DNA of 64,000 nt from Bugula neritina (Eukaryota; Animalia; Bryozoa). Location: contig OZ037767.1 in NCBI GenBank assembly GCA_964035545.1, positions 23,390,628 to 23,454,627 of the forward strand, given 5' to 3'. Every line of letters begins with the position of its first letter. Position 1 is the stretch's first letter. Below the pieces are notes generated by a model, which was not told the origin of the DNA, did not search any database, and was given only the letters and a program-made list of their open reading frames with translations. This document shows, in pieces, positions 1 to 9,692 of this stretch. Both the position numbers and the translations under genes were made by a program.

Positions 1-549
1 CAAATGTTGTGTTTTTGAATAAGATGTACTACTAGTAATAGAGTCTCCGACACGTTACATATATATCTTAGCTTTGCTTTATAATTAATTTTGTGTACAC
101 AAATCCTGAACAGTGAACTATTTTGGGATTTCGAATCATTTGCCCGTAATTATCAATGATGTGCCGTTGCAGATTTTTAGTCTCTCTACTTTTGGTACAA
201 GTTTAATTAAAAAAATTAGAAGCATTTTCACACAGAATATATTTGTTTAAGGGTTATCTCCACAGTCAACAATGTTAAAAATAGGATAACTCTACATTTT
301 TTTTCGAAATTATTCTTCGCCCTACAACTTCGTATTGGGTTTCCCAAATAGATCAAAATCGAAACTGCTTCTTCCCATGAACCTTCACATCATTTTAGTG
401 AATTTAATTTTACAATTATTGATATTTAATTCCAATTGCAGTAGCACTCACTGAGCCTTGCTAATGGCTATTGTTTAGATGACACATTTTCAGTTTGTAT
501 TGTATTTCTTGATTGGTGTGTTTAGTGTTGCTAACATGGAATGTCAACG

Positions 550-1075
550 ACCGATACTGCTAGTCGTAGTGATAGTCATACTGATACTGATAGTGTTAGT
601 GATACTCATACTCGTAATCATAGCAGTTGGCGTAGCTCTACGAAAATCTAGCTCTAAATCGAGCACTTACACTATGAATAATAGATATTAAGTTCAACAG
701 TGGCTGATTAACTTTAGGTGTTTCATTTTGAATTTGGTGAAGTTTTAGTTTTATTTTCAGTATTACTATTATTATAACATTAACTACAACTATAAGTATA
801 AGTATTTAATTTTGCAATGTACTATTAGGCATTAGCATTTTACTATTGATACTTAGTTTTACAGTTACTATTACACTTTTTAATAGTATTAGTATACTTA
901 TACTATAGTTATACTAAAAGTAAAATTACAAATGCACCAAAATCGAAATAAAACACTTAGAGTTAGTCTTCCTGTTAGTGTTAGTGTTACTCTTGAAAAG
1001 TTAATCTTTCACTGATAGTAATACTAATAGTAATAGTATTCCTTATACTGTTTGTATTAGGAGTAATAGTCATAG
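550..1075. repeat. Degenerate 3/6-nt periodic low-complexity tract (ATAGTN/ATACTN-like), left flank of the retrotransposon
   Basis: Runs such as gatagtcatactgatactgatagtgttagtgatactcatactc. The same style continues at 8571-8680. Confidence 0.6.
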
Positions 1076-1380
1076 TGTTATAGTTTTCAGATTTAGGGTT
1101 GATATGCTGTCCAGAGAGTCTATTTATTTGCTATAGAACTGCACCAGGATAAGTCGAGTGAACGAGTATATTTTACACACAATTATACATTATAAAAACG
1201 ATACATTACATCCAGACAAGTTATACATCTAATCTATTTGACACTCTAGCTTCGACTGACTTAGCAGCGGGAAACTATAATTGCTGCTAACTATCAAATA
1301 CGCTAATTGGCTATTCATTGTTCCGGGTCAATTACGCGACCTTACATGTTGTGCTGCTGGTAGTTCCACGAACCACCACA
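1076..1380 (-). repeat. 3' LTR (305 bp)
   Basis: Direct repeat of 8264-8568. Minus-strand AATAAA at 1123-1128. 8-bp inverted repeat TTAGCAGC...GCTGCTAA at 1261-1290. Confidence 0.97.
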
Positions 1381-1391
1381 CCGCCCCCACC
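1381..1391 (-). other. Polypurine tract
   Basis: Minus strand GGTGGGGGCGG immediately 5' of the 3' LTR TG. Confidence 0.75.
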
Positions 1392-1666
1392 AGCAGAAAG
1401 CCCTCTTTCTGATATATATAAAAAAAAACATTCATTAGTAACCGCATACATCAGTGGACAAAAATAATACATAATATACAGGAAGAGACATAATAATAGG
1501 CAGAGTCATTATAACAATCCGTTACCTACAATTGACCAGCTATAGACGAGGAATACCGGCTAGCTGTGGTATAAGACAGGGAATAACCTGTCAAGCAGTC
1601 AAGCATTTGCACGAGGTCCTGGGTTCCCCCAAGAGAATGAAGTTGCGGATTATTCTGACAGCAGAA

Positions 1667-2744
1667 CTAGTGTCCTTGTTGGGCACGCCGGTGCTTGGCT
1701 TGGCATGTACGCAGTTTCCGTTTCATACGGCATACGGATCCCTTTAGCTGGAAGAGTCCTGTTGTAGTGTTAAGTAGATCTGGTGCCAGCTGGGTGAATT
1801 CTTCTTGTAATCGCAGGAGGCGTTCTTCTACTGTGGCCAGGCGGACTGGGTCTGGGGACGGTGTCCGTCTGCGGCGCAAGGGGGGACTGGGGGACCTGGT
1901 TCGTCTCTTCGTCGGGGTAGGGGAGATCTCTCCTTCTTCTGGATATGTAATCTCCTCGGGGGTGTATGTAATCTGAGGGCGGTCAGACACCAACGGGGAT
2001 TGTTGGCGGGCGTTGTCTAATACACGTTGGAACCCCGAGGACAGAACGGCTAACAGCATGGCCTTCTTCACCAGGGGTCGTATAAGTGTGAGGAACTCCG
2101 GGTATAGCTTAGCGTCGACCACGTAGTTTTCTCCAGGGAAACAGCCCGTCGCTCGATGTCTGGTGACGGGGTAGGGATACACATCATTGTACCCGCAGGG
2201 GCAGAATGTTAGTAGGAGATGAGCATTGACGTGTAGTTTCAGGGAGCGGTGAGAGGCGCATTCTTCACCACAAATCTGGCATCTCGTCCGTCCTCTGGAC
2301 CCCCAGGCCGTTTCTATTTCTTCCTCTGTTTGTGGAGATACCCACCGCCAACGGCGGCGTAGTGGCTCAGGCCGGTCACCACTAGCATACTCCTCCGGGT
2401 GCGGAGCGGGAAGTGTTCTATCCCGTACCCTGGTTGTAGCGGGTCGAGTGTAATCTGAAAAAGTTTCAACAGTGTTAATACAGTACACTGCCGTGTTGTC
2501 AGCTTGAATAGCTTGGCAACTCCTAATTCAGTTACCTCGTAGAGATTTGTGGTAGTGAATAGTCAGATAGAACACGTATTGCAATGAGATTATAAAAATC
2601 TCTAAGTCGAACTGAGTTCTTACTACGGTATTTCACTAACCTATCTCCAGCTCGATTGACTCAGTGAGTCGGAGCTGAGTGATGCAATCTAGTTTCGTAT
2701 TAAGATATAGTTAACTCACCCCACGATCTGTTGTCGTAAGACAT
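1667..2744 (-). CDS. Retrotransposon ORF3, predicted 2 exons (2744-2720, 2454-1667; 270 aa): C2H2 + C2HC zinc fingers, Arg/Ser/Pro-rich tract, coiled coil
   Basis: ATG TCT TAC GAC AAC AGA TCG TGG G|GTGAGT donor joins in phase to TTTTTCAG|AT TAC. Motifs CQIC-x12-HVNAH, CPC-x12-H-x4-C and TKRRTRSPSPPLRRRRTPSP, with a heptad-like C-terminus. Confidence 0.75.
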
Positions 2745-2768
2745 ACTGAATGTGTGAAATGGTTTGAA

Positions 2769-4624
2769 CTACTGCTTAGAAACACGTCTACTCCTGACTG
2801 CATCAGCGTATGAAAAGATCGAGCAACGTGGTTGGGGTGCGTGATTAAGACTTTGTGCACCCGGCGGATGAATTTTGTTTCTATTTCCGCCGATACAAAA
2901 GTTGATATTCCCGTGGTGTTGACAACTCCCACATTTGCTCGATACTTTTCTCGTACGGTTTTCCCCTAGACTTTCATACACGCCGCTTTTAACGCAGTCG
3001 CATATGAAGTCCTTCAAGTATGCGGGGGGTTGCCTCGTACGCTGTCCCCTTTCTAGGGGGGGTGACACGCTTGCCGGTTCGTTAGTAGGGGCCTCTAATG
3101 GCGTCTCTACTTCACCGTTAGCGGTCACCTCTTCTTGTTCTCCAGATGGAGCCCCTCCCTCCGTGGGGGTTTGCACTTCCGGAACCGGTTCGGTTTCTGG
3201 AAGTGATGGAATTAAACTTGGCGGTGGCGGACACGCTTCTGTTGACAAAAGCTGCCGCTCCTCTCTCACCAAGTTTTCTTCCCGCGGTATGACCACTTCG
3301 TATTCAGGTCCATGCCGCCGTCGCCCGCGCGTTGTTGTCTGCCTCCTGGGCTCTAACAACGGGGGGGCTTCTCCCACTCCGTCGGGGCTAGCCCAATACG
3401 GTTTCAAGCGAGACTCGTTCTGGATAGACACCTGTCCTGAGCGCTCAATCTTGTACGTATGATTTGGCATAGCCTCGACGACCACGTAGGGGCCTACGAA
3501 CTTAGGCTTCAGTTTATCAGCCTGTCCGCGACGCCTACGGTAATTGACCATCCACACCTTATCTCCCATTTGATAGAGAGGTGGTTCATCGGAATCTTCG
3601 TGCCGCACCTTCCACTGCTGTTTGCGCAGTATATCGTGTGCGGCCTTCATCCGTTCCACTAGTTCACTGGCATACTCGTGAACCGAGTTGTCTTGCTCTG
3701 GAACGTGATAGGTGAGATGGTCAGGGACACGAGTCTCTCTCCCGAGCATCAAGAGGTTTGGGGTCTCACCAGTACTGGTGTGTGGGGTGCTACGGTATGC
3801 ACGCATGACTTGCGGCAACACCGTATCCCATTCCTCTTGACCTCGTCCAAGGAGGAGACTCCGGAGTGCATCACCTAGCATCCGGTTGTTGCGCTCCACC
3901 ACCCCGTTACCTTGAGGGTGGTAGGGGGTGGTCCTGCTCTGATTTACTCCCCAGAGGTGGCAAAGGTCGCTCATCAGTTGAGACTGGAATTGAGCGCCTT
4001 GATCAGAGTGTATCTGTTCGGGGAGCCCAAAATAACAGAATACATGTTGGTCTAGTGCCCTGGCCACTGTTGGGGCTGATGCATCTGGGATAGCCAGAGC
4101 ATCCGCCCACCTAGTAAAGTGGTCGGTTAGTACTAGGATCCAATTATTGCCTCTGGGGGTCAGGGGCATGGGTCCGACCAGGTCTACAGCGACTACTTGC
4201 CAGGGCCTACCAGCATATAGCCTCCGCCGTCCTGCTTCCCCAGGGGGGCGGCTATGCTTACTGGCCTGGCAGATCTCACACTGTTTGACTCTGAGCCGGA
4301 CGTCACGCTCCATTTGTGGCCAATACCACCGGAGTCGTAATTTGGACATCACTCTCTCGACCCCTGCGTGGGCCTGTTTGTGAGTATCCCAAATCAACTC
4401 ACGGCGGATGGCCGTGGGGCAGACTACCCTCTTCCTTTCCGGGTGTCTGCCGCTGGCAGCTAGAGAGATGGTTAGTAACCCATCCTGCCCGATCCGCAGC
4501 GAGTCCCAACGCTGACAGTATAGCCGGAACTCGGCGCATCCCTGTCGTATGCGTTCCTCGCTGGGTCGTCGCCCTTCCCTTTTGGCCCGGTATATGTCTG
4601 CCACGACTCCAGGCAGCTCTTCTT
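2769..4624 (-). CDS. pol: Pol, part 2: integrase (HHCC, DDE, GPY) with long Pro/Glu-rich C-terminal tail; out of frame with RT/RH by an apparent 1-nt deletion
   Basis: HKQAH...CEIC; VDLVGP / HSDQG / VERNN; KFVGPY; RTRQPPAYLKDF. Adding one C at ~4625 restores ...ELKKLQEELPGVVADIYRAK. Confidence 0.94.
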
Positions 4625-7330
4625 GAGCTTCTTCAGCTCTCGAACATTACCGGCCAGTACAGGGTTGGCGCGGAGGTTTTGTACACCCTCCGGGGACTCA
4701 TCAATTCCTTGCCTGAGTTGACCCTGGTCCCAGTCAAACCGTGCTCCGTGGTGAGCCAGCGTCTCCAACTCGCATCGCGGGGGACCTCCATCACTCCTCT
4801 CGATGTTGAGACACTGTTTGCAACCTCCGTCAGGTCGGCGACTCAACCCATCCGCATTGCTGTGTCTCTTGCCCGGTCGATGTTCGATCCGGTATGAGAA
4901 TTCAGCTAGGATTTCGAGCCACCGGGCGACCTGACTAGAGGGCTCTGCTCTCTTGCACAACCAGATCAGCGAGGCATGATCCGTACGCAGCCGGAACTTC
5001 CTGCCATATAGGTATGGTCTGAAGTGCTTCACTGACTTGATTACTGCCAGCAGCTCCTTGCGGGTAGTGCAGTAGTTTCGTTCAGTGGGTGAGAGAGACT
5101 TGCTGTAGTAGGCTACTACTACTTCTCGGCCTTCCTGCACTTGCGACAGCACAGCGCCAACATTTTGGTCACTGGCGTCGGTGTCGAGGATGTACTCCAG
5201 AGTGGGGTCTGGGTAGGCCAAGATGGGCGCCGTTAGTAGGCAGCCCTTGAGGCGGTCGAACGCTTCTTGTTCGACTGGGGTCCACTGCCACGTCACTCCC
5301 TTTGCGGTGAGCCGGTTTAACGGCTGTGCTATGCCCGCAAAGTCTGGTATGTATTGTCTGTAATACCCTACCAGCCCCAAGAAAGCCCGGAGTCCGGTCA
5401 AGTCTTGGGGGGTGACCCAGTCTTCTATTGCCCGTACCTTCTCGGGATCCGTTGCCACGCCGTTTCGACCGACAACGTGCCCCAGGTACTTAACCTCTGG
5501 CTGCAATAGAGCGCACTTAGAAGGCTTGAGCTTAAGACCGGCACCTCGGAGTCTCTCAAAGACCTCCTGCAGACGACTGACATGTGTCTCGAAGTCTGGG
5601 GAGATCACGATGACATCATCGAGGTAGATCAGCAGTGTCTTCCAATGGAGCCCGCTGAGGACTTGCTCCATCAGCCTCTGGAAGGTGGCTGGGGCGGAGG
5701 TCAACCCGAAATGCAGCACCTTCCACTTCCACAAACCGTCCCGTGTGATAAACGCCGCTTTCTCTTGGGCGTCGGGACTCAGAGGAACTTGCCAATAGCC
5801 ACTTAGCAAGTCTAACGTACTGAAGTACTTGCTGCCGGCTAGGGCGTCCAATGACTCGTCAATACGAGGTAGAGGGTAGGCGTCCTGTATGGTTACGCTA
5901 TTGAGTTTGCGGTAATCCACACAGAACTGCCAACTGCCGTCTTTCTTCCGGACCAGTACGACTGGCGAGCTCCACGCACTATGGGCGGGCTCTATCAGTC
6001 CCCGGTCCAGAAGATCCCGTACTTGTCGGCTAACCTCCTTCTCTTTCTCCGGCCCCAGCCTGCGTGTGGGCTGCCGGACAGGGACTGTCCCTGCAGTCAG
6101 CGGTATTTCGTGTCTGACAATTCCAGTCAGTCCCACGTCATGCTCTCCGCTGCTGAACACATCACCGTAGTCGCGTAGTAACTTAGCCATAACTTGGCGT
6201 TCTCTGTTACTCGCGCAGCCGCTACAGGCTGTGTCATACAACTCCCGGAGATGTGCGGGGACTGCCCCTCGCCCTTGAGTAGGGCACTGAGGGAGTGCCT
6301 CTGTCGCATCACCCAGCGACGGGCCTACGTCTTCCTCCTGAACAGAGTGAAAACGGCCCAGCATCGACCCAGCCGGGAGCTTGATAGACTCGGTAAAGGG
6401 GTTGACGCACTGCACTAAGATCTCCCCTTGCTCAGTCAGCTGATTCAGACTGCTGGCAAGTTGGATCTTTTCGTGCGCGCCTTCAACTACCCCGAGTCCA
6501 GAGATCCGGCTATTATTCACCCTGCAGTGAATGGTAGCCCGGGAGCGGCCTGGTATGATACGGTTGCGTACCACTTGCACACCTCCCACTAAAAGGCGGC
6601 CGAACTTGTCGACGCAGGCGAGTTCCCGCCCGGACATCATCATTGCAGATTTGCTAAAATCTATGTGACATCCGTGCCGTTTTAGGAACGGCATCCCGAG
6701 GATGGCATCCTCCTTGAGCTGACTGACTATGAACGTCTCTTGGATCGTTTGATCACGGACTCGTCCCGTCAGCTCAATTATACCATAGAAGGGAAGGCAC
6801 GACCCGTCAGCTAGGGTGCCGTACTCCCCTTCGTATGATTCCATCTCGCCCCTGACCCTAGCACTGAGGGTGTCGAAGAGTTGGCGGCTTAAGAGGTTCG
6901 TGGTACAGCCCGAATCAATGAGGAAAGTAACAGCTTTGCCTTCCAGTTTACCGGGCAAGAAATAGCTGTTCCCATGGGGCTGCACCTGAACTCTCTCTTC
7001 AGGCCTTACTCTCGCAGGGAGTACCTCCCTCGCTTTGGGTCGCGAAGGAGGTCTCTTGGGGCGGTGGTAAGTAGGCCTCGGGGGTGCCGAGGCTAGATTC
7101 CCGGCTACCTTTGTGGGCTCCCATCCAGATTCTTGGGCTTGTAGCCCTGCGAATCTGTTGTGAAGGGGCATAGCCGCGAGGCGAAGCCCCTTGCTGGTCC
7201 ATCGTGGCTGTTGCCACTGTTGGTTGCCAGTACGCGGTACCCGTCTGGGTGACCTGCGTTTCTTCTTCCCTGGGGGTTTCATCGTCGGCCCGCAGGAGGT
7301 GGGAACATCTGCGGGCCGCGGTAGTTTAAC
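4625..7330 (-). CDS. pol: Pol, part 1: aspartic protease, reverse transcriptase, RNase H
   Basis: LIDSGCT (protease), CVDYRKLN and YLDD (RT), DTDASD...KELLAV...TDH (RNase H) in ORF 4472-7390. Confidence 0.96.
7265..7330 (-). promoter_or_regulatory. Candidate -1 programmed ribosomal frameshift signal (G_UUA_AAC plus stem-loop/pseudoknot)
   Basis: Heptamer GTTAAAC at 7330-7324 in gag phase, 5-nt spacer, perfect 10-bp stem CGGCCCGCAG/CTGCGGGCCG (7318-7309/7295-7286). Loop UUCCC can pair with a downstream GGGAA. Pol lies in the -1 frame. Confidence 0.75.
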
Positions 7331-8232
7331 CCCTGATTTAGGAAGGGACAGTATCGGCGGAAATGTCCTTGATTTCCGCACTCCCAGCAAAAGCTGACTG
7401 TTTCTCCCTGTGGCGGCGCCGGTGGCCGCATGGGCTCAGGGGCGGTACTCACTGGGGTTTGTGGTGTCAGTGTTGCTATCAGCTTGGCTAGCATGTCTGT
7501 CAGTTGAGTGACTTTCGATGCCGTCGCCAACTGGGACACGGCAGCCGCGGCGGGGGTTTCCTCCCCTTGTCCCGCGGCCGTGTCTGCGCGGTCTATCTCC
7601 ACTTGACGGGAGCTTCCGCGACTTTTATGCATCTGATTAGCTAGGAGGTAAGCTTCCCCCTCAGTCAGAGCATCTTCAACGGTGGTGACTCCCCTAGCTA
7701 GAAACTGGTGGTGGAGACCCAGATCGTCGACAGATGCTATGAAAGCGTCGAGGGTATACCTCTCGCGGTTGACTGGGGGCAAGTCGCTGTACGCGATCTG
7801 TGCCAGCTTCATGACCGCGGCGGCGTGCTCCCGCAGCGGGGTGCGGGGATCACGCCGCAACCTCTGCAATCGGGCCCTGGCATCTGTAGCAGAGAGGCCG
7901 AAGCGGGCCCGCAGAGAAGCAAAGATATTATCAATGTCTACGCCCAGCCCATAAGGCTTGGCTTTGTCCATCAATGCCATTCTAAGCTTCAGCAAGGCCA
8001 CCCTAGGGGGCCACTGGGCGACGTCCATTACGTCGCTAAACTCTTGGATAAACTGTTCCACCTCCTCTTCACCCGTGAAGGTGGGCGCCTTTAACCGGTA
8101 GCGGTCTTCAGTTAGTTCTCGCGGAACCCTTCGCTCTTCTACTACATGGTTAACAGGCATTGTCTCTACAGCATTGTCTCTACGCTCAACTTCTACTGCC
8201 GGTGGTTGAGTTCCAGCATTTTCAGTCTCCAT
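7279..8232 (-). CDS. gag: Gag (317 aa) with a single CCHC zinc knuckle
   Basis: ATG 12 nt after the PBS. Capsid-like motif APTFTGEEEVEQFI. Knuckle CWECGNQGHFRRYC. Confidence 0.93.
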   Translation of the reverse strand: METENAGTQPPAVEVERRDNAVETMPVNHVVEERRVPRELTEDRYRLKAPTFTGEEEVEQFIQEFSDVMDVAQWPPRVALLKLRMALMDKAKPYGLGVDIDNIFASLRARFGLSATDARARLQRLRRDPRTPLREHAAAVMKLAQIAYSDLPPVNRERYTLDAFIASVDDLGLHHQFLARGVTTVEDALTEGEAYLLANQMHKSRGSSRQVEIDRADTAAGQGEETPAAAAVSQLATASKVTQLTDMLAKLIATLTPQTPVSTAPEPMRPPAPPQGETVSFCWECGNQGHFRRYCPFLNQGLNYRGPQMFPPPAGRR

Positions 8233-8244
8233 CTTGGATGCACT

Positions 8245-8262
8245 ATCCCACTGCTGCCACCA
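8245..8262 (-). other. Primer binding site complementary to the 3' end of tRNA-Leu
   Basis: Minus strand TGGTGGCAGCAGTGGGAT, 1 nt after the 5' LTR. The plus strand ATCCCACTGCTGCCACCA resembles the 3' end of metazoan tRNA-Leu(AAG/TAG) plus CCA. Confidence 0.85.
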
Positions 8263-8263
8263 C

Positions 8264-8568
8264 TGTTATAGTTTTCAGATTCAGGGTTGATATGCTGTCC
8301 AGAGAGTCTATTTATTTGCTATAGAACTGCACCAGGATAAGTCGAGTGAACGAGTATATTTTACACACAATTATACATTATAAAAACGATACATTACATC
8401 CAGACAAGTTATACATCTAATCTATTTGACACTCTAGCTTCGACTGACTTAGCAGCGGGAAACTATAATTGCTGCTAACTATTAAATACGCTAATTGGCT
8501 ATTCATTGTTCCGGGTCAATTACGCGACCTTACATGTTGTGCTGCTGGTAGTTCCACGAACCACCACA
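8264..8568 (-). repeat. 5' LTR (305 bp)
   Basis: Matches 1076-1380 except at two positions (1094T/8282C and 1295C/8483T). Adjacent to the PBS. Confidence 0.97.
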
Positions 8569-8570
8569 CC

Positions 8571-8680
8571 AGTGATACATGTGCTCGTACTCAGTCTCAT
8601 GATGATAGACCATAGTCGGTGTCATAGTATAATCATACTCATAGTGATACTGATACCTATACTGATAGTGATAGGAAATG
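8571..8680. repeat. Continuation of the degenerate ATAGTG/ATACTG tract, right flank
   Basis: atcatactcatagtgatactgatacctatactgatagtgatagg. Confidence 0.6.
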
Positions 8681-9692
8681 TATTAGCTGCAACAGGTATA
8701 ATTGCATAAAACATAGAAAGTCAAGCAAAATTAGAAAAAAAATCTTGCTTATTCAGCTGTAATTGTTAATATTTTATCAGTTTAATGCAAGAAACTATAT
8801 TCACTAGCAGCTAAACTGTGAACAATAACTAAAAACTAGAAATATATAGTGTGTAATTAATTAATTAAAATGACCCATTACTAGAAAACCTACTCATTGA
8901 GCTAATAGTGGTAAATAAACAGGATTATGATGTTCAAAAGCTGATAGGGCTTGCAAAATCAGGCTGGGCTAAGAAGAACACTCACTTATATATGACAAAC
9001 CCCGCAGCTTTAGAGATGATTTGTTGAACATGCCTTACAATGGTCTTAAAATTTGCGTAAGAAAGCAAGATAATAAAACTGTCGCGTTTTAGTTACAATG
9101 GCTTAAATTCAAAACTTACAGCTCGTCATACACTTTACTCAATCACTATGGCATGAGATTTGCAAAAAAAGTATTGAAATTGCATTTCATGCAAAAAAGA
9201 TCCCTTCAAACAGTAAAAACCTTTGAGATGCAATCCAGCACCACTAACAGAAGCAAATCTATTCAAATAATGCAGAAGCAATTATTTAACTGTAATAGAC
9301 TACCATCTGTACTATTTTGATTATGATATTCTAGGATGCAATGGCACAGTGGAAATAGTTCATCAGTAAAAATATGCTCTAATAGATTTAGCATTTTAAA
9401 AATTGTGCGACAAAATAGTCCACAATTTAACTCGTTATTTTCTAAATTCCACAAAGCTTGTAATTTCAGCCATATGAGTAGCTCAAACTATTACTTGTTA
9501 ATGATGGCAATTACTAAAATTTATGCCCCCTCTTATGCTTCAGCATTTTTAGGCAGTGAGCACAATCCATTTTTCTATACCACCCATGTTTTATGTTTTA
9601 AATATAAAATTAAATATTGAACATTTATTTTTATAATCGGTTGAAGTTATTTGATTTATGCTGTAAATGTATGAGTTTTACAGACAGGCGCT

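Larger units (their letters stand above)
1076..8568 (-). mobile_element. Ty3/Gypsy LTR retrotransposon, full length, young, with an extra ORF3
   Basis: Two 305-bp direct repeats with TG...CA ends, a PBS and a PPT. Gag has a CCHC knuckle. Pol domain order is protease-RT-RNaseH-integrase. The interior is visibly more GC-rich than the host DNA. Confidence 0.98.

Noticed and set aside
479-691. Hydrophobic ORF (also 8506-8709) resembling a TM protein
   Set aside because: The Ile/Val/Leu runs arise from the periodic ATAGTG/ATACTG low-complexity tract.
1667-2488. ORF3 as an envelope gene
   Set aside because: No signal peptide, TM helix or fusion-protein layout; it has zinc fingers and a basic tract instead.
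2935-8094. Plus-strand (antisense) ORFs within the retrotransposon
   Set aside because: Expected shadows of GC-rich coding sequence, with no motifs.
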